Shown: positions 37,290 to 49,245 of the stretch, piece after piece
Position numbering within the stretch: the first letter of the stretch is position 1
Layout: the number at the start of each line of letters is the position of its first letter
Assembly: GCA_951804945.1 (NCBI GenBank)
Contig: OX638157.1
Span: 30,938,001 to 31,002,000, forward strand
Reading direction: 5' to 3'
DNA length: 64,000 nucleotides
From: Podarcis cretensis
Lineage: Eukaryota
Notes under the pieces: generated by a model
Database searches by the model: none
Told to the model about the DNA's origin: nothing
What the model saw: the letters and a program-made list of their open reading frames with translations, nothing else
Position numbers and translations under genes: made by a program

Positions 37290-37896
37290 TAATTTATTAT
37301 TTATTCCCCAGCCACTCTGGGCGGCTTCCAACAGAATATTAAAATACAATGGTCTATTAAACATTAAAAGCTTCCCCAAACAGGGCTGCCTTCAGCTGTT
37401 TTCTAAAAGTCTGGTACTTGTTTTTCTCTTTGACATCTGGTGGGAGGGCGTTCCACAGGGTGGGAGCCACTACCGAGAAGGCCCTCTGCCTGGCCCCCTG
37501 TAACTTGGCTTCTCGCAACGAGGGAACCACCAGAAGGCCCTCGGTGCTGGACCTCAGTGTCCAGGCAGAACGATGGGGTTGGACTGGTTTACTGGACTGA
37601 GGCTTCAAGTTATAAGAAAGCTGATTCCAACTATACGATATATGATATCTTTATTGTCATTGTCCATGCAGAACAATGAAATTGAAAACACCAGGAATAA
37701 CTTTTTTTGACAGTAAGAGCTGTTTGACAGTGGAACGGACTCCCTCAGAAGGTGGTGGACTCTCCATTTTTGGAAGTTTTTAATCAGAAGTTGGATGGCC
37801 ATCTGTCATGTATGTTTCAGTTGAGATTCCTGCATTGCAAGGGTTTGGACTAGATGATCGTTGGGGTGCCTTCCAACTCTACAATTCTATGATTCT
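37170..37896 (+). mobile_element. CR1 LINE 3' end, interrupted by an L2 insertion
   Basis: TTGTTTTCTCCTGCTCTGGAGGGCAGGAC...[L2]...GGCTTCAAGTT...GACAGTAAGAGCTGTT...CTTCCAACTCTACAATTCTATGATTCT, ending in the canonical CR1 ATTCTATG tail. Confidence 0.82.
37254..37582 (-). mobile_element. L2 LINE 3' fragment with (TAA)n tail
   Basis: Encodes RSSTEGLLVVPSLREAKLQGARQRAFSVVAPTLWNALP; close to the 45988-46599 copy. Confidence 0.88.
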
Positions 37897-39344
37897 TTGA
37901 AGGCATGTGCTTTGCTACTAAGCAATAGTCCTTCCCCACTGAAAGGCTGACTTGTGTAATCCTCCTTTCATCATTCAAATACCTCTGGGTACTCACAAAT
38001 GTCTATCTCTCCACCTCCATCTGACTCCATTGAGATCATAATGGTGCCCTATTCAAGTGGGAAAACACTCTAAGCCCAATAGCTCTCTTCTTTTTTAGGG
38101 CAGAGAAAGCCCATGTTCCCTGAACACTGTTGCCTCAATGGACGTTGGGAAAGAGGAGCCTGGGTGATGAGGCATCAAGCTAGGTGACTGGGAAGTGTCT
38201 TCAGAGTCTATTTCCTCCAGCGTTGGAGCTATTGAGTGCCTGCCTTTTCCCAGTGTTTCCTGATTGCACAAGTCTGCAATAGATCTTTAGGGTACAAAGT
38301 ACCATTCTGACATTTGTCCTGAGTACTACTTGTATGTTTTCCATCACTCAACAACATCATTCAACAGGGATATCGTCAGCCATTTGTGACTGCAAGGCAG
38401 AATAGAGCAGAGCTTTGTTCAGACATATCTGATACTTGTAAGGGCTGGTCCTGTTGAAAAACTGATCATTTTGGCTGAGTTACAAAACTTTTTCAGTGGC
38501 GTGCAAACCTTGCAGAAGCAATAATTGATTTTTTTTATTTTCAAAAAATGTTTTCACTAGCCATTTCAAATGGAGTAAAGGACTTGTCATCTTTTGGCTC
38601 ATCACCCAAACTACAAACTGCAGCTACAAAAACAACATGAATAAGAAGCACTCATACTCGATTTAGCTCTTCAGCGGATCAATATGATTGAAGAGATTAG
38701 GATGGTACTGGCATATCAGAGCTCCATTAATGTCAGACCACCAGGTTGGACATTCAGGGACTGCTAATAGATAGCACATATGCTGAGTTGCATGAACTTG
38801 ACAAATTTAGCATTAGCCATCTTTGCACAGGATACTAAACTATTATGAGTTGCTAAAGTTCAAGCCATAGGTGAGAATGCAAGGTTGTATAACTAACCAT
38901 GGTTTGTTGAAAAACAGGATACCATGTGTAAAAGTGAAACTAAACTTTGTTGAAGACTTACTTACAGAAGTTACATTTGAAAATGTCTCATAGATAGAAA
39001 CAGTTTGTTGAAATGAATTTGTAAAAAGATTTTGCATTGGGAATAACTAGTTTGAATGCAGAGCCTAAATTTGGGATAGGAAAGCCTTCTGTGTACTATC
39101 ATCATGAGTTCCAAATTGTTTTGTCCATTGATAAATAGCTATCAATTTGTAACATATATTTTAAGAGGATGGGAGTAGAAAATTTTTGTAAGCCTGGTCT
39201 ACTTTCAACCTCGAGAGAGAAAACTATCTGGACCTATTGCTGCCTGAGTATGTTGATATCTCTTTGGGGTCAGGGAGCGCTTTTCTTGGTAGGAGCACAA
39301 TTATGGATAGGATTGTTGGATAGGAGTGGATTATGAAGTATATT

Positions 39345-39696
39345 GGGACGTGGGTGGCACTATGGTCTAAACCACAGAGCCTAGGGCTTGCCGATCAGAA
39401 GGTCAGCGGTTCGAATCCCCACGACAGGGTGAGCTCCCGTTGCTCGGTTCCTGCTCCTGCCAACCTAGCAGTTTGAAAGCACATCAAAGTGCAAGTAGAT
39501 AAATAGGTACCGCTCCAGCGGGAAGGTAAACGGCATTTCCATGCGCTGCTCTGGTTTGCCAGAAGCAGCTTAGTCATGCTGGCCACATGACCTGGAAGTT
39601 GTATGCCAGCTCCCTCGGCCAGTAAAGCAAGATGAGCGCTGCAACCCCAGAGTCGTCCGCAACTGGACCTAACGGTCAGGGGTCCCTTTACCTTTA
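39345..39696 (+). mobile_element. Sauria SINE, full length
   Basis: A box TGGCACTATGG, B box GGTTCGAATCC, 3' GGTCCCTTTACCTTTA. Confidence 0.93.
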
Positions 39697-39932
39697 AGGC
39701 AATTAATCATACCGCACAGATACACTTGACCCAATAAAAAGCAAGTAACTTTTTCCCTTGAAATATTTCAGAAGAAGTTGGGTAGGCATCTTACAGCAGG
39801 TGACTTTTAGCAATCATCACATCCTTATGTATCTGGTTTTTCTGACGTTCAATCCACATTGACCTTGGGGGACAAGGTGGGTGAAAGGCTAAATAAATAA
39901 GTGCATATCTTTAAGAATATGAAATCAAGACT

Positions 39933-40175
39933 TGCAAGGTTATAGTTCTATGCATATATATGTATATATTAAGAAGTCTCACCATGGGTCTCACTAAGTG
40001 CATCTAGATTTACAGCCCTAGGCTGTTGTCCTATACTTGCTTACTTGGGAGTAAGTGCAATTGAAGTCAGAATTTCTTACCTTTGAGCAAACATGCATAG
40101 GATTGACCTATAAAAACTATTTTAAGGCTCCAATCCTATACCTGAGAGCAAGTCTCCTTGAACTCAATGGGACTG
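39933..40175. repeat. Tandem cluster of about three short palindromic repeats
   Basis: Repeated CCTATAC...GTAAGT...CTTAC...ATAGGATTG units. Confidence 0.55.
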
Positions 40176-41159
40176 CGCTCAGTCATTTACCCTACTGCAT
40201 CCCATGCTTTATTTGATGGTTAAAAATAAGGTTTCTTTTCTAAAGAGATACACACTGAGCAAATTCTGCTTTGACTACTGCTGAACTCTGAGGTCAAGAG
40301 GAAAATCGATCTCAGGTAAAAGTTAAGCCCATTGAAAGAAATCACTGGATTCTCCTTCTCCACTAATAATAAAAATGCACTTTTCTGTTGACATAGGACT
40401 ATTACTGTCATTAGGGTAGTTTCTTTAATTTTCTTTCCCCTTCACCTTTAATTTAAAATAAGGGTCTGGCAACCCTGGTTCATTCTGTATGTCACACTGT
40501 CTGCTTCTCTTCCACTTTCTGATTATTTTGACCTCTAGATAATAAAGAAGCCCTTTCAATTGCTTCTGTTTCAGAACTGTCATCAGGCGGTAGCTGCGCT
40601 TCCTGCCAAACGAGTGAGCAAGGTGAAATCACAGAGCTACAGCTATGAAAAATGGCATGTTTGGCTTTCACAGGAGTGGAAGGCTGCATGTAACCTTTCT
40701 TTCAAACATCCCTCTGTCACCATGCGATCCCACCAGCCCTGGGCTCATTCTAGCTTGTTCACAAATCAAAGGTAACTGACAGAAGCCAATGGGGGTCACG
40801 TAAATCACCTGCTAACGGGAAGAGAGAGGAACAGGGAGAGAGGATGTGTTGTACATCCCAGCAGATAGTGATCCTGGAGAACCCCACAGGTGTGCGGACG
40901 GAAGGTCAGAGAAAAGCTTTGGTTGCTCCTTATGAGCAAAGCATATTTTGCAAATTACTTAAAAGTGATTCACACCATCAAAACATACTTTATACATCAA
41001 TCTTTAATCATCTCCATTCTATCTTGTTCTAGGAGTGTAACAATCCCTGACTGCATTAGGATAGGCCAGTTATTTGTAAACTCAACCAGCAAAGAAATAT
41101 TTGGTCAATTATTGTCCAGCATTGGCCTAGTAGTCAAAGCATCTACAGAGTACATTTGT

Positions 41160-42302
41160 ATCAAGTCCACTTACCACTTAGGGGGCAGGCGGTGTTGCAG
41201 CCTGGCGCAGCCGCCATAGTTCACTTCTGGTGCTGGCACTGAACGTTGGACCTAACAACGTGTATCAATGGCCAGGGCATCGGATTCAGGCCTGTCTGCA
41301 AATTGCCCAGTCGTGGGTGGCCCTGGAGACAGGCTCTCCTCAGAAGCAGGCCCAATGGAGCATTCAGGCTTCCCTTGGGTCCACTCCTTGGGCTTAAAAG
41401 CCAGAAAGCCCTGAGCCCTGCCTATGTTTTCAGCTTTAATTATGCTTGCTTGGCCTTGCTGTGGACTTCATTGGTCACCGTATTTGGGGCTGGGTAGAAA
41501 TTTATCTACCCAGAAAATTTGTTCCACTCCGGTGTTTTTGTCTACCTCACAGTGGTCATCACAACTCTGGTGGTTTAGGCATTGGGTAAGCCTTAAGTCT
41601 TGGCTGGAGGGGAGGTTGTGTCTCTGCCTGTCCCTCTGAGAAAAGGATATCCTACTAAAGAGATATGTGAGGAGTTGCTTTTGTCCTAGATGGGGGCTAG
41701 AGCCACAGCACTCATCAAGACAGCCATCCCGTGGGGTACTCCTACTTGATATAAGTCATAGGACTCTCCCGCTGTTGCATGGACCCTGGGTATACTTCCG
41801 GAGGGATGCGGGTGGGTTAAACCACAGAGCCTAGGACTTGCCGATCAGAAGGTCGGTGGTTCGAATCGCCGTGACGGGGTGAGCTCCCGTTGCTCAGTCC
41901 CTGCTCCTGCCAACCTAGCAGTTCGAAAGCACATCAAAGTGCAAGTAGATAAATAGGTACCACTCTGGCGGGAAGGTAAACGGCATTTCTGTGCGCTGCT
42001 CTGGTTCGCCAGAAGCGGCTTAGTCATGCTGGCCACATGACCCGGAAGCTGTACACCGGCTCCCTCGACCAATAAAGCGAGATGAGCGCTGCAACCCCAG
42101 AGTCCGTCACGACTGGACCTAATGGTCAAGGGTCCCTTTACCTTTTATACTTCCGGAAGGCGGGCTTGAAGTCAATGGCTGTATCCAATGCCTATTCCAA
42201 ACCTCTAATTGTGGCCTTATTTGATCCAAAAAGCACTGTTTTCTGCCTGGTTTATTGCTGTGAAAAATGGGGTGGTGGGTGGCGCAGTGCCTTAGCATAC
42301 AA
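41160..42302 (+). mobile_element. Structured ~0.8-kb element, copy C (DIRS/Ngaro-like, diverged), interrupted by a Sauria SINE
   Basis: Shares GTGTTGCAG, CCTTGCT, GGTAG.AATTT, TCACAACT, TAGGCATTGG...CCAATGCCTA and TTGTGGCC in the same order as copies A and B. Boundaries approximate. Confidence 0.6.
41803..42145 (+). mobile_element. Sauria SINE
   Basis: Near-identical to 39345 but with a small A-box deletion. 12-bp TSD TATACTTCCGGA at 41791-41802 and 42146-42157. Confidence 0.93.
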
Positions 42303-45300
42303 TGAGCCAAACTTAAACTGATTACAAAAATCCAAGTTACCCGTGAAACATTTGCAGCTGAAATAAAACAAAAATTGTCCTCAAAATTCTCTTCTGTGGA
42401 TGATTTTGATGCTGAATATTCTCAAAGTATTTCTCTCTGGAGGAAAATCACCTGGGAGCACCCTGTACTTTAATTAAAGTTTCATGATGTAAATTATTCA
42501 GTGATAACAACAGCAAATGTTGGAATAGTTTCCTAATATTCATAGAGTTTTATTGCTGTCTGTGTTTCAGCCAAATGATGTTTGGTTTTGATATCGGATA
42601 TGTAATTTGCAATGTTTGATCATTGACCTGCAATGGTAATAAACATCTGGCAGTGTTGACAGCTGACATGGAATTGCATAGCATACTGTGTGTGTTTTTT
42701 TCATTTTTTACCACCATGCAACATCATCCATATCAGCAGCTGCCAAAAAACTTCTGCAACAGAGATCCTGTACATTACATGTTCCTAGGTAAACCCGCAG
42801 TTCACAAGGCAGAGCATTGACCTTACTATCACCTATTTTGAACTGAGAGTGTTCCCTCTCACGTATCCCTTTGGCTGTTTGTGAACTATAGATAGAGGAA
42901 GATCAGTCATGATGGAACAATATATCCTTCAGCTGCCCTTCTCAATGAAGGAGACCCATTAAGTCTACAAATTACAAAGGATAAATCAGTTATAACCCAG
43001 AAGGCTGTTTACACTTTGGCATGCAATGGAGTCATTTTGTCTTATTTCTGATGCTCAGTTGAGATGCCATGGCTTACACATGCACAAGAGGGAGTTATCA
43101 GGAGGTTTGGGGCAACAACAAGGATTGTAGCATTGCAGTTTTGAAAAGAAATAAAACCAGAGTGGGAAGAACTCCAAAAGAACTCAATGAGGACTGACCA
43201 AGGAGCTGATTGGCTGTGGGGAGGGAAAATGGAAAATATGGCAGATAAGGAAATGGAATCAAGTCTTCTGTAGGGTCAGGCTGACCAACTGTAGCAATGG
43301 ACAGAAACACACCACACTGACAATTTGTTGCAAACCCCATTTTTTTGTACTATACAGTATGAGCACTGGCATGTATTTTTTTTGTTAACAGCATTTGAGA
43401 ATTGCCCCATATTCCTGTTTTTCAGGTGCAGAAATCAATCTGAGTTAGGGAGAGAAAGGGACTTAGGCATAGCTGAAGTATATCTTAGATTTTGACCTTT
43501 AGTGTTTTTGGTTCTACCCCAACTGCACGGACTGCCTCCCAATGTTGTCAATGAGCTCACTGTCTCCCACTGTCCCTGCTTCTTGTTTATACATGATCCA
43601 TCAAAGATTTGCCTTGCTAGCAGTGTCTTTCTTTTTGGTCAGCCTAGCTTCCCCTGCATTTCCTGTCTTGAAAGAATTTTGGCAGGTTTACACATGACAC
43701 TACATTGCCCTGGAAAGTGGAAAGTCTGTAATTAGACACTGTGTAATCAGCTGCCTCCCACTGGCAACCAGTCTGCCTTAAATCTGCCATCACAATTAAT
43801 CAAGAAATCCCCTCCGGGGAAGTCACTGCCTCCACAAACCACTAACCTGTCAATTATGGGATTTACGTTAACACTTGCTACTACCAGCTCTATGAAAATA
43901 ACATCCTGTGACATATAAGTGGCCAGAAGAATACCATCCTTATAAGGAGCATGTTTCATGTCAGTGCCTGAGAGGTAAAAACTGAATCCTTACTCCTGTG
44001 TCACGTTAGCAGCAAAACTCCCACTCACCCTTAGCAGGAATGACACCATTGTTATTTGCAAATGTAGGTATTCATTCAAATTATTAATAGTGTGACTGAC
44101 AGATATAAACATTGCAGCAACTGGTTTATTTTATTTCTAATACCTAACAGTCAAATTCATAACCCAGTTGAGATGAAGGGTTTACTTCTACTCAAGGCAA
44201 CTGGAAAAAGCTAGATTCTTATTACTGGGCTGTTAATCAGCTTAGACTTCACTATTTCTTTGCTGTAATTCAGTTGTACACCAGCAGCTAGAGAAAATGT
44301 GGAATAATAACCAGTCACCTACCTAACAGGATCACAAATCCTTAAAACGATTTGGTATCAGATTGATACCAGCTTGCTTTGGTAGAGAAGACCCCCAATA
44401 GTCACCTGTTGCAGGATGGAAAGATGCCAGTGCATCATCAATTTTTAAAAATTACAGAATTTACTCTCTGCTGTCTTTAAGATTTCAGTTTATTGGTAAT
44501 CTGATTGTTACAGGGGGGAGGAGTGCAAATGCTACAGTTAATGATTGTATACAAGAAGAAAATCAACAACAATTTAACAAGAAGTTAGGATCATGTGGCA
44601 TCACTAAGGCAAAAGTACAATGAGTGGGAAATGAAGGAAATTTGGGTTGTCGGAGCTAAATCATAAAGTAGGGGTAAAAGGCTGAAATGTTTTTGAGAAA
44701 CCTGCATTGTATGCTCAAGAAGTCCACTAGAAGGATGCTTGAAGATCAAATAAACTATTCTATCATCAAGCAGCTTTGATTAAGATACAACTAGCAGATA
44801 GTTTGTTTAGTTCCCAAACTTGATATACAAGAAAGAAAATTTTACTTCACCAATGCAATTCTGTAACTCCTAAGAAAATTTCCTGAAATGCCCATTCAGG
44901 ATTTCTGAAGATCTCCACTGGAATTTTAATGAAGTCAATGGGTTAGATCAAATGTACTTTCTGCTCATGGGAAGACTTTTGGAAATCCTATCCCTTTTAC
45001 AGCCCTGCATCAAATCTTTCTTGAACATGTTTTTGGAGCATATCACCACCAACTATTTTCCTCTTACTTGTATTTCTTTGGATCCAAAACATTGTCTTTC
45101 TAACATGGAAGACGTTGAACTCAAACAGGCCATCTCCTGCCTGCAATCCTGGGTACTTATTTCCATTTATGGATTGCTTCCCATTAAATATCTCAAAGCA
45201 ATATTGAAACTTTATAATGTCAGGAAGACGTTCCACAGTTGACAGTTCGCCCTCAACAAAAGCATACCCAGCCCTTTCTTTTAATCTCTGGTTTTAAGGC

Positions 45301-45699
45301 TGTCAGATTCTTAACTGCCAAAACAACACAGGTTAACGAAACAAAAAAACACCTTAAAAAAATAAACAGAAGGATGAATTAAATATATTATTTTCTGCCA
45401 AAAACTAGTAGTGTCAAAACATCAAGCTGTCTCCTGAAAGATAATATTTTGGGCATCTGTTTCACACACGTCCTGCTCTCCAAGCTAGGCCCCAAGGCAG
45501 GCAGAGCCCCAACTTGGCAGGAAGCGGAGTAGCTGTCCAGGCTGCACTGTGGGAATGTTTTGTGCTTGTATGTTAGGAGTGGAGGGTAAAATGAGCAGAG
45601 GGCTGTAAAGAACACTTCTGCAGCCCATCTGATTAATTTGTGTAATATTAAACACACACCCACACCCACACCCACACACCCACCCACACACATCATTGA

Positions 45700-45987
45700 C
45701 TAGAGATGAATGAATCGTTCAGTTTCAGTTTTGCTCAGTTTTTTATTTTTCAATCTTCAGTTAACCCCATTTCTCTCTATTTATCTTTTCGTACACGCAC
45801 ACACACACACAAGAAAATATCACAATGTACGCATTTTTGCAGGCAATTTGCCACAATAAAATGCATATTTGAATGTCATTGTCACTAACAGACATGCTTT
45901 TATGATAGAGAACTACACTGCAAAAGTTGGAGAAGTGTGGATTCAATAGGTTCAAATTAAAATGGGAACCTAATGAACTTGAATGTC
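45700..45987 (+). mobile_element. hAT-Ac-like non-autonomous element, cut off at the L2 insertion
   Basis: Starts TAGAGATG; collinear with 46925-47235. Confidence 0.55.
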
Positions 45988-46599
45988 TGGACTGTCTCGC
46001 CAGAGTGGTGCATGCTCTAGTTATCTCCCGCTTGGACTACTGCAATGCGCTCTACGTGGGGCTACCTTTGAAGGTGACCCAGAAACTGCAATTAATCCAG
46101 AATGCGGCAGCTAGACTGGTGACTGGGAGTGGCCGCCGGGACCACATAACACCGGTCCTGAGAGATCTGCATTGGCTCCCAGTACGTTTCCGAGCACAAT
46201 TCAAAGTGTTGGTGCTGACCTTTAAAGCCCTAAATAGCCTAGGCCCTGTATACCTGAAGGAGCATCTCCACCCCCATCGTTCAGCCCGGACACTGAGATC
46301 CAGCACCGAGGGCCTTCTGGTGGTTCCCTCATTGCGAGAAGTGAGGTTACAGGGAACCAGGCAGAGGGCCTTCTCGGTAGTGGCGCCCACCCTATGGAAC
46401 GCCCTCCCTTCAGATGTGAAAGAAATAAGTAGCTATCTTCTTTTTAAAAGACATCTGAAGGCAGCCCTGTTTAGGGAAGTTTTTAATATTTAATGCTGTA
46501 TTGTTTTTAACACTTGATTGGAAGCCGCCCAGAGTGGCTGGGGAAACTCAGCCAGATGGGCAGGTTATAAATAATAAATTATTATTATTATTATTATTA
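45988..46599 (+). mobile_element. L2 LINE 3' fragment (ORF2 C-terminus, 3'UTR, (TTA)n tail)
   Basis: Open frame VHALVISRLDYCNALYVGLP...LQLIQNAAARLVTG...HITPVLRDLHWLPVRFRAQFKVL...RAFSVVAPTLWNALP. Confidence 0.92.
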
Positions 46600-46924
46600 G
46601 TGTTCATTACTGGCTTTTGTTGCTTTTTTGTAATTATTGGTATGTTTTACATATATTTTATTTTTCTATGTTTTTAGTGATTCTTGTTCTTATCTGTAAG
46701 CCTCCTTAAAAAATCTGATCAGAGAGGCCTCATGGCTCTTAGTCTCAGTGTGTCTGACTTAAAGTTTTAATTTGTGATATGGACTTGAGGAATTATGATT
46801 GAAAGCTACCTGGTAAATGCCATTGCTGCAGATATTTGAAATTTGGGTTCCTCACTTCCAAAAGCAGCAATCAAGCTAAGTCACTGAAATAAAACATAAA
46901 ATTATTTCATGCACCTCTCTATCT

Positions 46925-47337
46925 CTACTACGGATGGGCGGATCTGTCAATTTTGGGTTTTCTCCATTTCTCATTTTTTCCAGTCATAATTTCAGGTCTC
47001 CACATTTCCACACTGGTTAGCAATTTTTTGAAAGAAGCCCTTTTGGAAACCCACCACCATTTTAGTGTGAAATGCACATGTTTGTAGGCAATTTTGTCAA
47101 CAAGCAGTTTTCTCTAATAGAACACATCTTTGTATGTTCGTTTCACTAATACATACATTAATATGCACACTTTATCCCAGCACATGTCACTTGGCTGGAA
47201 AACAGCATGGCAAAATTCAGATAAGTGCAAATTTCAAAGAATGGCTGCATTTTGGTTCTCAGATTGCTTTGGAAAGTGTGAACTGGGTTGATTCGCCTTT
47301 CAGTGCAAACCAAATAAAATCCCTCCCTCATCACTAA
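46925..47337 (+). mobile_element. Non-autonomous hAT-Ac-like element, near complete
   Basis: Ends TACGGATGGGCGGA / TCCCTCATCACTA (degenerate TAGGGATG TIR). Four related fragments elsewhere in the window. Confidence 0.6.
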
Positions 47338-47673
47338 TCTCTCTACATCCCATGTGACTGAAACATCTTCTCTTTGAAAGCTGCACATTATAAATGCTTA
47401 GCCTACTTTAGAAAAAAAAGAGACCTGTGGAACAACTGTCTTTGGTTAGATTCATGGATACTTATATCTATCCTGTTAGCTACTTCAAATGTTCCTATGT
47501 TATATATTTGTTTCGGTGGATATGTACACCTTGCCATGAATGGCAGAAAAATAAGATACTTTAGCTTTTTACTGCCTCTAAAAAGGATCACAGTCTGTCC
47601 TCCAGGTTAATTTGTTAAAATAGATGCTAACTTCTAGAATATCCTCTGGGAAAAGCTAAAAGATAGGACTTTT

Positions 47674-47689
47674 GTGCCATCTAGTGGAA
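47674..47689 (-). promoter_or_regulatory. Candidate CTCF binding site
   Basis: GTGCCATCTAGTGGAA is the reverse of TTCCACTAGATGGCAC, matching the CTCF core CCAC/GYAGRKGGCRS. Confidence 0.6.
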
Positions 47690-47847
47690 CAATGAACTAA
47701 TGAATCACATTCTGAGCATTCATGACTATAACTACAGTGAAATAAATACCATACAGTGTGTTTTGTTCTTAAGTAATCAGTGCTATATCCCCCTAACAAA
47801 GAAAAATCTATATAATAAACTTCAGACACTATAACAATTTGGGTTTA

Positions 47848-48272
47848 CTGTACTTTTCTGTGTATAAGACTGGTTTTTTTTATTTAATAATCATGCTAAA
47901 AAGTGGGAGTCTTATACGTGGGTAATGCATAGGGTGGATGTTTGACTGGTTGCTGCCGTGGCTGGCAGCAGCTATTGGGCATGCTATTGGTTGCTGCGTC
48001 AAGGGCTGGTGTTGATTGGTTGACGCTGCAGCAATTGGGCGGGCGATTGGCAGCTTCTGCCAGCAAAGGGACAGATGAGAGGTGGATTTTTCGCCGTGTG
48101 TATTTGAGCGGTTTTCTGCAATCCCTCCTAAAAAAGCTCAACAACTCTGGGCTATCCCTCCCCCAAAAAGCTCAACAATTCTGAGCCACCTCCCTCCATT
48201 TCCTTAAATTTTAGTCCTGAAAAATAGGGGGCGTCTTATACATGGGGGCGTGTTATACACGGAAAAGTACGG
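47848..48272. mobile_element. Tc1/mariner (Tc2/pogo-like) MITE
   Basis: TIRs CTGTACTTTTCTGTGTATAAGAC / GTGTTATACACGGAAAAGTACGG with TA flanks. Subterminal GTCTTATAC repeats. Confidence 0.8.
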
Positions 48273-49245
48273 TAGTTGTCTCAGTGCAATTGGATTGGTC
48301 TTCAGAAAAACTGAAGTGCAAAAATCCAATGATCTTCAGATTCATAGAAAAGGGTTGTGGGTTTTTCCAGGAAGTTGCAATATTAAAGTAGTCAAAATAC
48401 CAAATCACCAGAACTGTGGTGTTAACTTTGAATTAATTTATTACTATCATTTCTGCAGGAAAAAGAAACAAAGACCTTGATGTGCCCCCCCCATTTTTTA
48501 TTATTGTTTTTCATGTAAATTCAAGAACAGCATAGCTACAGTTACTTGTCCAGTAGTACATTCTTATTAAGTTTCATATGCAGCACACAGTACCTAAGCA
48601 ATATGTTTATTTATGTATTATCAGTTCAAGTATCCACAGAGATTCTTGTGTTGAGGGTGGAATAAAAGTATATTTTGTCTTGTTTATAAAGGAAAAGAAA
48701 GGAACCCAAGTCACACCAAAATGTCTATCCTTCAAGTGCCTTTAATTACCCTTCTGTGGTGAGTTAGGTGTTCCCATAGAACTACATTACAAATATTACT
48801 TAACCAGATTTCAGTGGGGATTTCTATAGATTATTTCCGATATTAGGCTATTGTTAATTGGGCAGCTCATAACGGGGGGGGGGGGAATACTGATGTTTCA
48901 GAGTATTATTATGATTGTTCAGTGTAGCATCATGTTGAAAGAACTCACTGAAATGAACCGACTTGGCTTGATTTGAACCAAAGTTCAGCAGAGTTTCACC
49001 CTAGAAAGTTTCAACACTGTCATGCTTTGCTGGAGCCCTGAAAGCGAAATTAAAATGATTAGGGCACGGCAAGGCAAGGCAGCTCCCAGTTTGCCCAGCT
49101 GACGGAGTTAAGGAAGGCATGTCAGCCAAGGACCAGAATCAATTAGGGTTTCAGAAGGCTGGCAGGGCTGCACTGGCCCCAGCCCTTGCAAGAACTGTAC
49201 GCCATCTTTAAAGCACCCGTAAGCCATCTTTAAAGCACCCATCTT

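Noticed and set aside
39345-39430. tRNA-like sequence with A and B boxes (also in other SINE heads)
   Set aside because: Continues into a SINE body and I see no complete cloverleaf; not a tRNA gene.
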